A stretch of DNA of 64,000 bases from positions 79,050,001-79,114,000 of the forward strand of contig NC_043002.1 of NCBI RefSeq assembly GCF_006345805.1, in the 5' to 3' direction. Shown here in pieces: positions 1 through 10,264 of this stretch (its first letter is position 1; every line of letters begins with the position of its first letter). The position numbers and the translations under genes are program-made. The stretch comes from Octopus sinensis (taxonomy: Eukaryota). The notes beneath the pieces were generated by a model that was not told the origin of the DNA, made no database searches, and saw only the letters and a list, made by a program, of their open reading frames with translations.

Positions 1-337
1 CTGCAAAGTGATACTCTCATCGTTGCTTTCACGAGAAACTCTAATAAGAATGGAACATGTCCAGAATTGTCTCCCCCTATTGCCACAATCATTAAAATAA
101 TATTGGCGTTGTTCTCCATTGCCACTTATAGATTTTATTAATGCTCATCGTATTGAATATGTTGGCACTACCTTAACTATTGTGTCTTATGCGGATGGTG
201 TCTCTCAGTAATTAACCTCAATGATACATATTTTTTATATACTAAATTCATAGCTGAGTTCATCAACCACCTTCGAATTTGGAAAACAAAAATGTGACGT
301 TGACTGGTGGACAAAAGCAAAAGCTGGGTTAGCTGAA

Positions 338-753
338 GGATCTTTTCGGTTTGAATGGCAGTTTTTTTCTAGCGGTGTTATATGAAAATGTCACCCATAA
401 TTATGATCCTAGTATCGATCTATTGCATTTCAATCTGTTTTAGGGTTAGGGTTAGGGGTGGGGGAAGGGTATCTTTTTTTCTTCACAAATGTAAATAAAC
501 CCAATCTGTTTCTTAAACGAGGAACATATTCATACGCCACAGAATGTTTTCACCTCAATAGACGTCATTGATTGGTTGAAATTGCAGAAATTGAAGAAAT
601 AAACAACAAATATCTTACAAACTATAGAATTTTCTCAATAAAGCCAAGAGAAAAAGATGTTTTATAAACACATTCTACCAGTATACAAGGTTTAAAAGTG
701 TTTAGTTATGTGGAAATTATATAAAAAAACTGCCGTTCAAACCGAAAAGATCC
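338..753. mobile_element. 416-bp MITE with ~31-bp TIRs and 8-bp TSD
   Basis: Left GGATCTTTTCGGTTTGAATGGCAGTTTTTTT versus reverse complement of right AAAAAAACTGCCGTTCAAACCGAAAAGATCC (1 mismatch); TAGCTGAA duplicated at 330-337 and 754-761; internal (TTAGGG)3 at 440-457. Confidence 0.9.
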
Positions 754-1248
754 TAGCTGAAAGCTTTGCATTGTTTTTGCTAAATGATGCATTGTTCATT
801 AAACTGTTTTGAGGTCAAATAAGTAAGGGTACATTTTTATATTAACACCCGCACGATTTTCACTAACAAAAAAAACTCGGATTTTTTTTGCGTGGAATCA
901 AGTACTCTGACCTCCTAATATGCTGCAAATCCCTTATTTTGGTTTGGAAGAAAGGAGGGGGGGTCCCCCTCCACATCCCAGAATCATTGACATTTTTTTA
1001 TCGCTGAATGAATTCCTGTGACGTCCTAATGTACTACAAACCCTTTCTGGGATCCAAAAAACGGAGTGGGGTGAGGTGGAAGCCTCGGAAATTTCACCTA
1101 CACGGTTTTCACTAAGAAAATATATATAAATTGTGCCTAAATTAATTTTTGTGATGGGGATGGGAGAGAAAGATAAACGATTTAAATTAAATATATCTTA
1201 ATTGGTGTGTGAGAAAGTATATATATTCCGATGATAAAATATAGTATC

Positions 1249-1309
1249 TTTTTTTTTTTCTGTAGTTTCAGCTCAGAGCTGCGGCCATGCTGATGCACTG
1301 CTGTTTTAG
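1249..1309 (-). mobile_element. LINE/SINE 3' tail plus A11 fused to the U6 3' end
   Basis: Minus strand CTAAAACAGCAGTGCATCAGCATGGCCGCAGCTCTGAGCTGAAACTACAG-A11 resembles the GTGCTCCAGCATGGCCGCAG..CTGAAAC tail of the SINE family and the CR1-like LINE in this window. Confidence 0.75.
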
Positions 1310-1412
1310 AAAAATATGGAATGCTTCACGAATTTGCGTGTCATCCTTGCGCAGGGGTTTTGGTAATCTTCTCTGTATCGTTCCAATTTTAGAATATGTA
1401 CTGCCGTAGCTT
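1310..1412 (-). ncRNA. U6: U6 snRNA copy, probably a retro-pseudogene
   Basis: Minus strand reads CGGCAGTACATATTCTAAAATTGGAACGATACAGAGAAGATT...CCCCTGCGCAAGGATGACACGCAAATTCGTGAAGCATTCCATATTTTT, matching canonical U6. The ACAGAGA box is intact; TTAGCATGG is changed to TTACCAAAA. Confidence 0.95.
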
Positions 1413-1700
1413 AGTTTCAGTATTAAAGTGAAAATATCTGACTTTACAATAGAGATATTATTGTTTCACTTTTGACACGTAATACTGAAATAGTGGAGGA
1501 GATATGATATTGCTCTGGGCTGGCACTAGGCAGGAAGTTAAAACATTTTTTGGCCTATGACACTACATGGACCTTAAGTAAGGCATGTGTAAAATTTGAA
1601 TGAAATTGGTTGTGTAGTTCTCAAGTTTTAGGGATTCACACACACACACTCATGCACATTCTCATCTTTATATATATAGATATATATGTGTGTGTGTGTG

Positions 1701-2481
1701 TATTGTATGAAGGAACTGTAATGCAGGAAAATAAGAAAAGGTTCACCTACCTTCTCATTGCCTGCCATCCAGCTGTATTAATTTCAAAATTCACACCCTG
1801 CCCATCACACCTAATGAAAGCAACTGTTGATACCAATTCCTCTAGCTTGCTCTCGTCAAGTCTGTTCTTGGCAAATGCACCCAGGCAAAAGAACACGATC
1901 CTGGTCTTCCTTCCTTCACTTCCCCTTTCACCCTTCCTGCTCCAGTCAGGCCTCTTGACTATTGACGTCATAGCTCTTTCTTTCCAGCTCATCTCATCCC
2001 TACATTCCCCCCCCCACCTGATCTCCAAGATCACCTCTTCACTTTACTCTATGTCAAAATCTGCCATCCACCTGTGCTCAGTTGCTCTTCCTTGTCTATC
2101 TCAAGGTACAGCACCAGCATGCTTCCCTCCAGGTACAGGGCCACGAGATCTGCTACATCATTGATGCCTTGTAGCCTGGCCACTAATTTGATCTTACAGA
2201 TCCAGGCCACTATATCGCCTCTGCCGTAGAAAGGTCTAATGGCATCGCTTCCAATCCTTTTCTTCACTGCCATTGCGTGGAAGGGGATAACAACAGAGAA
2301 ATATACTCACACACTAGTGCCAAAATAGCTTGTTGTATGAGGAAACTGTAATGTGGGGAAATAAGAAACAGTTCACCTACCTTCTTGTTGTCGGCTGTCC
2401 AGGTGTACTGAGCCCAAAACTTTTACCCTGCCCGTTGCACCCAATGAAAGCAGCTGCTAATACCAATCCCTCTAGCTCTCT
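1701..2481 (-). mobile_element. Degenerate Gypsy-like LTR element remnant: gag fragment between two ~150-bp direct repeats
   Basis: Diverged direct repeats at 1701-1851 and 2331-2481; ORF 2049-2273(-) IRPFYGRGDIVAWICKIKLVARLQGINDVADLVALYLEG resembles the N-terminus of Gypsy gag (from recall). Confidence 0.55.
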
Positions 2482-2504
2482 CAGACATACCCTCAGTTGT
2501 GCAG

Positions 2505-3370
2505 TCAGCCACTCTCACCAGCTATGCTGATGATACAAAAGTATCTCAGACATACTAAACCTGCAAAATGACCTACATGCAATATACAAATGGGCTGATG
2601 AAAATAACATGCAGTTCAATGCTGATAAGTTTCAAGCACTTCAATATCAGCCCACAAACAGACCACAATCGGAATACATAGAACTATGGACTGGTGCAAT
2701 TCCACAATTAGAATCAGTGCATGATCTGGCAATCCACATGATAAATGATGCAACATTCCATGTGCATATTATCATGATGGCAACATTGTGGATAGATTCT
2801 TGGATCATCCAGAACCAGAAATAAAGATACTTTGCAACTCCTATGGAATACTTTTGTTCTCAGACATCTAGATTACTGCTCTTGACTGTGGTTGCCACAG
2901 AGCATCAAGCTGGTGGCGGAACTTGAGGCAATCCAGCACCACTACACAAAGAAGATTGACTTGGGGAAACAGATGAGCTACTGTGAGAGACTACAAGAAC
3001 TGAAGCTCTACTCCGTGGATAGATGGAAGATCCTGGAAAGTCTAACTCCCAACTTTGGAATTAAAAGTTATACAAACCATTGAACTGGATGGCACTGCAT
3101 AATACCCTGCTACAGCTTGGGTCTCAGGAGTCCACAACTGTTTAACATCCTGCTAAAAAACCTCAGAGATTTTCAAGTTGTAGACATGGAAACCTTCAAA
3201 AGCACCTGGACAAATTTCTATCTGAAATCCCAGATGGAGGCACAAAGAAGAGCAGATCCATTTAGCTTGCTTCTTCACCAAAGACAGTACAGAAAGGAGA
3301 CCCAAAAACACTGAAAGGGAGTGCTCCAGCATGGCCCCAGCCTTTGGCTGAAACCAGTAACAGAATAAAA
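2505..3370 (+). mobile_element. CR1/L2-like LINE, 5'-truncated, RT C-terminus and 3' tail, frameshifted
   Basis: SYADDTKV, MQFNADKFQALQY, ELEAIQHHYTKKI..MSYCERLQELKLYS motifs; ends in GTGCTCCAGCATGGCCCCAGCCTTTGGCTGAAACCAGTAACAGAATAAAA. Confidence 0.8.
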
Positions 3371-3443
3371 CAACATAAAATACATACACACACACGTATT
3401 TATGTATATATATACACACATATATACATACATACATACATAC

Positions 3444-3487
<44 letters not shown>

Positions 3488-3488
<1 letters not shown>

Positions 3489-3714
3489 GGGGGGAGATGA
3501 AAAGTTACTGGCTTTGGGTAAAAGAAAATACAAGAGGATCAGTTAATTATGATATTATTCAACATATTCCCCCCTCAGATTCATACACTTATCACACTTA
3601 TAGCAGCGGTCCTTCAATTTTTTCCAAGCCTTGCAAAAGAATTCGGAAGGTTGGGCCTCCAAGCAGGCCTTTTGCCAAACCCTTAAAAGCCAAGAACTTT
3701 TCAGCACCTCCTCA
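3488..3714. mobile_element. mariner-derived MITE (~227 bp) in TA context
   Basis: TA-CGGGGGGAGATGAAAAGTTACTGGCT ... AGCCAAGAACTTTTCAGCACCTCCTCA-TA inverted ends; related copy at 26636-26826. Confidence 0.75.
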
Positions 3715-3837
3715 TATCACACACACACACACACACACACACACATGCACACATATGTATATGTAAACACACATACACACATGCATACAAATGTATGTAT
3801 ATATGTATGTATTAAGGTATATATATTTAATATATAT

Positions 3838-4290
3838 AGATAATATGGACGCCGCTCGGGCTCAAAAATTGAACCATTATGAAAACATCCTCGAGGAATG
3901 TGAAGACGCAGGCTGGAAAGTGGAACATTTTCCTATTGAAGTCGGATGTAGAGGGTTTGTTGGATACAGCGTGAGACAACTGTTGTTATCGCTAGGCCTA
4001 ACTCATCGTAAAGTCAATACCACCATGACTGATATCCAATCTACAGTGGAGAAGGCTAGCCACTGGATTTGGTTAAAAAGAGAAGATGAGCGATGGCTAG
4101 AAGTATATTGAGTTCTTCATAACCAGCTGATCTAGCAAGCGGGGCCTCATATCAGTGAGTGGGGCTGGTGCGCATTGATGCCGTCGAGAGGTAGGCCCCG
4201 AAACTCCTGATGATCCCATACACTTGCTAGCTTCCAGTATACGGAGCTTTTAACTGGTAGCACTTGCATGTGCAAGTTGTTTGCAAGGTT
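3838..4290 (+). mobile_element. Hero/NeSL-like non-LTR retrotransposon 3' end (restriction-like endonuclease C-terminus plus 3' UTR)
   Basis: DNMDAARAQKLNHY..LEECEDAGWKVEHFPIEVGCRGFVG..KASHWIWLKR is typical of the RLE C-terminus; second copy at 48140-48615. Confidence 0.8.
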
Positions 4291-4715
4291 CTTCACTTTG
4301 AATTTAGATATAAAGATTGATAATGTTTGTCATTTAATCTATTAATGTTGATCTTCCACTTTATGTTGTTTGTTTTACTAGTAACATTGTGTAATAAAAT
4401 GCTGCATGTCGCTAGAGTTATATTACCTTGGTTGTGTAGGTATTTGACCTATTTACTGAACTTGAGCACATTGTTCAGTTGAATGTTTCTTTTTATGAAA
4501 AGAGGTGTTGCCATTTTACTTGTTAAATTTATACCAGAACATTATTTGAATTATCAATAATTGGATGGAAAAATGTAAAAGGCAGAACCCCCTAGGATAT
4601 CATGATTTAAATTATTAATAATCTCTTTGAGATTAATAAAGCAATAAATTTAGATGAAGACTGGAATGAGATTGTGTGATATTCATTCATATGTTTTTCA
4701 TAGGATATTAATGAT

Positions 4716-5505
4716 ACATGCATACATACATACATACATACATACATACATACATACATACATACATACATACATACATACATACATACTTATATACATA
4801 CCTACATACACATATATGCATGTATATATACATATATATACATTCATACATACCTGCATACATGCATATGTTTGTTACATTCATACATGCATACAGTCAT
4901 ATACATTCATGCATATTTGCATACATATATATATATATGTATGTCCATACATACATATGGACAAGTGCACTTATATACATACATACAGGCATACACACAA
5001 ATATACATACATATAGGCATGCATAACTGCATACATATACAGTCATCCATAATTGCATGCATACATGCATACATATGTACATATGTACATACATACATAT
5101 GTACATACATACATGCATGCATACATACATACACGTACATTCATACATACATGCATGCATTCATGCATATATACATACATACACACACACATTCACACAT
5201 ACATACATACACATACATACACACACATACATACATACACACTACATACATACATACATACATACATACAAATAAACAAACTAAAAAACAAAAATACAAA
5301 TTTGATGAATAATGAGCCCAGCCCTTGATAAACATAGACATCTGCAGATATTGCAGAGCAAGATTCTCTATCCACATACATATAATATATGTATGCATTT
5401 GTACATACATAAAGCATATTTACATATATGTATACATGCATACACACGCATATGCATGCTTGCATACATACATACATACATACAAACAAACTAGCAAAAC
5501 CTGAA
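4716..5505. repeat. (TACA)n/(TA)n compound microsatellite
   Basis: Directly visible; explains the IHTY/MYVC ORFs. Confidence 0.95.
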
Positions 5506-5517
5506 ATTTCAACATCA

Positions 5518-5655
5518 GGTGCAGGCGTGGCTGTCTGATAAGTTCCGGGTTCAGTTCCCACTGCATAGCACCTTGGGCATGTGTCTTCTACTATAGCCTT
5601 CACGTCTGACCAAAGCCTTGTGAGTGGATTTTGTAGACAGAAACTGAAAGAAGCA
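5518..5655 (+). mobile_element. tRNA/CORE-like SINE (family A), partial
   Basis: GGCGTGGCTGT..GGGTTCAGTTCCCACTGCATAGCACCTTGGGCA..GAAACTGAAAGAAGC; same family as 22105-22511. Confidence 0.8.
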
Positions 5656-5679
5656 CATTGCTTATATATATATATATAT

Positions 5680-5682
<3 letters not shown>

Positions 5683-5710
<28 letters not shown>

Positions 5711-5995
5711 ACATCATCACTGTTTAACGTCCACTTTCCATGCTGGCATGGGTTAGATGGTTTGACTGAGGACTGACAAACCAGGAGGCTGCACCAGGCT
5801 CCAATCTGATCAGCCAAGATTTCTACAGCTGGATGCCCTTCCTACTGCTAACTTCTCTGAGAGTGTAGTGGATGATTTTTATGTGCCACTGGCACAGGGC
5901 CCAGTCAGGTGGCACTGGCATCGACCATGCTCAAATGGTTCATTTTACATGCCACCGGCATGCTTGTATGGTGCTTTTTACATTCCACAGGCACT
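5683..5995 (-). mobile_element. SINE family D ending in (GAT)n
   Basis: Reverse complement of the element at 57680-57872 (AAGGGCATCCAGCTGTAGAAA..GCATGGAAA..GGAC.TTAAAC.ATGATG). Confidence 0.75.
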
Positions 5996-6169
5996 GTGTA
6001 CCACTGGGGCTGGCCCCTGCCTGGTTGGCTCCTGCCTGGCTGACTCCTGCCTGACCTGCTCCTGCCTGGCTGGCTTAACAACTGGTATTGCTATAAATCC
6101 TGGTTGAGAATCACTCCTTTAAAGTGGCAACAACATAAACAACCAGAATGACTAACAACTAGAATATTA

Positions 6170-6560
6170 GCTCTCTCTTTGATGAATATGCTTTTGCAAC
6201 ATAGGAACAAGAAATAGCTATAAAATACATGATGCAAAAGGGCTAGATATGCAGATAAACCATTTAGATGCAGTAACTAATGCAGACTCTGTGGAGTTAA
6301 TATTGAGGATAATATCAGTAACTTCTCAAAAATGTCCTCACAATATTACCTACCTATGAGACATGATGTTCATGGCTAGAATGCTATATAATGAAATGAT
6401 CAGGATGAATAATCCTAAGAAAACAATTATAAGAAACTAAAGTTGTGTAGAGGAGATAACGACACATAATTTGAAAAAATACTGGTGCTATGTCCCAGTA
6501 ATAGTTGAAGTCAGTTGTCCAACAGATGACAAGACAATGTTAAATGTTAGTGAAAGTCTA
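6170..6560 (+). mobile_element. Decayed R4/Dong-like non-LTR fragment (CCHC and RLE region)
   Basis: Broken frames give QEIAIKYMMQK, CRLCGVNIED..KMSSQYYLPMRHDV and IVEVSCPTDD. Confidence 0.55.
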
Positions 6561-7080
6561 CTTTCTTTGTTAACTCTTTTGATTTCCACTGCATCTCTTA
6601 TGTGTCCAGAGTTTGTACAGGTCTCACTGTATGGGATTTCTATCAACACTTTTTCTACATATTGAAAAGAACCATTTCCTGGAGAGAATATTGTCCTGTC
6701 TGTTTTTCCTGCTTACTAGAAGTTTGGTCTTTGCTAATTTAACTTCAAAGCCCTTTGATTCTAGGTTTTTGCTGAAATTTATTTACTAATTTTGTAAGAA
6801 CAAGGTCAACTGCATAGGTGAGTTCCCATTGGCAAATGGTCTTAGATTCCTCTTTTATGGCGTGAGGAACTAATAGGAGGGCACTGAGAACTGCGTGCTG
6901 CTGAACTCCTACATGAACAATAAATCCATTACTACTTGTTGCTAATTCTTAGCATACTGACAGTACCTCTGTACATGGCTTGAACAGTTCCCATAAGCTA
7001 CTTCTAGCTTTTACAACAGTCACCAAATTAGGGAATGAAAAACCCTATCAAAGGGTTTCTCCAAGTCAACAGCAGTTTAT

Positions 7081-7386
7081 TCTGTTGTGTCTGGGGAGAG
7101 TCTTTTTTCTTTTGTGCCTTGTAATTTAACACACTCACTGGTAAAATTTCCACTTATTCCTTATTTTTATTTTCCTAAATTTTTTGTTGTGTCTTGCAAC
7201 CTATAGAAAGTGTGCCAAACAGACATTGGAGCAAGACACAATCCCCCAAACACACACAAGACTATTGAAAAGGTTGCAAGATGCAAGGAAAATTTTAGGA
7301 AAATAAAAATAAGTGGAAATTTTACTGGTGAGTGTATTAAATTATAAGGCACAAAAAGAAAATGACTCTCCCAGGACACAACAGGA
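7081..7386. repeat. Foldback element, ~120-bp inverted arms with ~68-bp spacer
   Basis: 7081-7202 is the diverged reverse complement of 7271-7386. Confidence 0.85.
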
Positions 7387-8788
7387 TATGCTTCAACACA
7401 CGAACTCACATAAAGACTCTTGCAAACAAAATCCCAAAACGAAACAGCAGTTTAATTTTGGCTAAATACTTCTCCCACAGTTGCCTTGCTAGAAAGAGAG
7501 CATTAGTAGTACTTCAGTTATCTCCCCCTCTCCCTTGAACCACTTACTATTGACACTAATACATCATTTTTAATACCCATTCTATCATCAATCACCCTGC
7601 TTTTGTTCACCACTAATTACATTCACCCCTATGTACCTCTGAGCATGTCCTTTATCACTATACATCCATCACTCTCCCTCTACATTCTTGCAACCACTAC
7701 CTATCATTTCCCTATCTCTCATCCTTCCCCTTCGACTGTTTTGTTATTATTCTGCTGTTCTTCTACTGTCAGTCATCACTTCCATTCCTCATTTTTCATC
7801 ACTTCTCCACCTATTCACTTTTACTATCATTCACCTCTCCACCATTTGTATCACTTCTACATCTATAACCATCTCTCACTCTCTCCCTTCCTCCCTCTCT
7901 CTACACTCTTGCAACTTATATCCATCCACCCTTCTATACAACTTCTTACACTTTAAGAGTACACTCTGGCATCACTGACTTTATATCACGCTCTAGCTCC
8001 GTCCCAACTACTCCTACTCTTATACAATATGTTGCTGTCCCTTCTAACATAATTTAACTCCTCAACTCTAACAGAAGGCCATCTCTCTCTCTCTTAACTA
8101 TATTATCTCTCAGTTTAGAAGGGATTTTAGTCTTACAAGTAGAATGGTGACCTCGCTAGTGTTGATGTTACAAAGGAAATAAAAAACCTCCTCTGCATTT
8201 TGTAAAGTGGCTGACATTAGGTTAGGAAGAGCATCCAGCTATAGAAAGTGTGCCAAGCAGACATTGGAGCAAGACACGATTTTCCCAAACACAACTATCA
8301 TTATTTGCATATCACTGTCTCTGTTTATTCAAGCCTTTGAAATGCCTTGCCAACGCAAATAGTTACTATGATACTCACACCATGACTAAACTTATTGATA
8401 ATAAAATCATGTCACTTAACTGTCTGATCTCATACTTTCATTATGATTGTATTTCGTGAAAACGTGTGCTTTGGTTAGCTGAATGCTGAACTGTCAGCAG
8501 TTATATACTCAATAGCAAGTAGCATATTTTACCATTTAGTAAATATTAAAAAGGCACATATATTTTATTCAAACAGTTGCTTGTAATACAGTTTGCTGAA
8601 CTAAAAAACTCAATGATTATCACTCTTAGATTTTCTGACATGGCTGTTGAGTGCAGGCATGGCTGTGCAATTGAGATGTGTGCTTTTCAGACACATGGTT
8701 TCAGTCTCACCTCGTGGCACCTTGGGCAAGTATCATGTGCTAATCAAAGCTTTGTGAATGGGTTTGGTTGATGTAAAGTGAAAGAAGC

Positions 8789-8831
<43 letters not shown>

Positions 8832-9572
8832 CTCTTTTACTTGTTTCAGTCATTTGACTGCAGCCATGCTGGAACATTGCCTTAGGTCAAAGAAATCAAC
8901 CCAGGGACTTATTCTTTGAAGTTGTGGTGAAGAAACAGAGCCGATTGAGGCACATGTCGTGTAAGAAGTTGTGGCTACTATGCTGCTGCCGGTCACTTGA
9001 TGCAGGAAGTTCTCACAGGTTGTGCTTGCTGGTGAAGTAATTCACAAACAGTGAGATAGAACCTGTGCGATGGTTGTTGGTTGCTGTGTACGTAGAGAGA
9101 TGTTGTTGACAATGTTAAGATGGAGGTGATGAAGAAGGAGATTGCTGTATGATGTTAGTGGAGTGTAGATAAGTCTCCATGTGGCTGCTGGTGTTGTCAC
9201 TGGAACTGGCTGTGTGCTCTGTGGTCAGTGGTTAGACCTTAGAAGGTCTAGAACCGAAAGATGAATACGGTGTTGAAACTAGCTTTTTACAGGGACCAGG
9301 CAGCACAAACGGAGATTTAGAAGAGACTGTCTCACGTGACCTTATCAGAAAGCTGAGATTGGTTGGGTTGCACATTGGCGCATAATAGAGTAAGAGACAA
9401 ATTGTGCCAATACCAACCAATCAAAGTAGTGGACACAACAGGGTCCAAGCAGCTGAAGCCTAGCTGTTATCTACTACATCCGTATTTATGTATATATATA
9501 ACAGAGAGAAAGAGTCCGCTACAAACTGATAGAGAAAAAATGCAGTTTGGTAACGAAAATGTTAAGGGTTTA

Positions 9573-9930
9573 GGCACAGGCATGGCTGTGTGGTAAGGAG
9601 TTTGCTTCCCAACAACATAGTTTTGTGTTTAGTCCCACTGCATGGTACCTTGGACAAGTGTCTTCTACTATAGCCAACCAAAACCTTGTGAGTAGATTTG
9701 ATAGATGGAAACTGAAAGAAGCTTGTATGAATGTATGTGTGTCTTTGTTCTCCCACCAGTTGATAACTAGTGTCAGTGTATATATGGTCCCATTAGTTAG
9801 TAGCTCAGCAAATAGAATAAGTACAAGGCTTTAAAAAAATATAAGTACCAGGGTCAATTCATATTCTTCAAGCTGGTGCTCCAACATGGCCGCAGTCTAA
9901 TGATTGAAAGAAGTAAAAGAGTAGTAGAAA
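9573..9930 (+). mobile_element. SINE family A, near full length
   Basis: tRNA-like head, CORE-like ACCTTGGACAAGTGTCTT, tail GGTGCTCCAACATGGCCGCAGTC..GTAAAAGAG. Further partial copies at ~8653-8792, 12385-12545, 14120-14345 and 26130-26320. Confidence 0.85.
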
Positions 9931-9967
9931 ATATATATATATATATACATACATATACATATATATA

Positions 9968-10238
9968 GGTGAACTCACTTCCTGAGCGTTAAACTAATAC
10001 ATGTTTGTTGTTTACACACCCATCTTTTTTTGTTTTGTTTTGTAAATTCCAACTATATGACCTCGTGTGTACCGTTGGCGATTTTTTTTCCTCTGTCTTC
10101 CCTTCTCCTATGTTTCCGATGAAGAGCTCCGCTCGAAACGTCAAACCCTCCTTCTTTCCTGAGCGTCCAATAATACTATATTTGTTCCACGTCCTCGCGT
10201 TGTTGTGTTTTTTTGTGCTTTCTTGTTTTGATTAACTT
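9968..10238 (+). mobile_element. Penelope-type short repeat (pLTR-like), 1.5 monomers, with a hammerhead variant at 10112-10146
   Basis: GTTT-CCGATGA-AGAGCTCCGCTC-GAAACGTC-AAAC; flanked on both sides by (TA)n; homologous to 26906-27106. Confidence 0.7.
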
Positions 10239-10264
10239 TATATATATATATATATATATATATG

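Noticed and set aside
840-1140. Segment with repeated TTTTCACTAA and G/C runs, possibly a DNA transposon end
   Set aside because: No partner TIR or TSD was found, so it could not be supported.
1310-1412. Functional U6 gene
   Set aside because: The catalytic AGC/ISL region is mutated, the 5' end is degenerate, no clear upstream TATA/PSE was seen, and a retro-tail is attached.
9255-9300. Possible hammerhead CCGAAAGATG..GAAACTAGC
   Set aside because: The core and cleavage triplet are both non-canonical and stem I does not pair.
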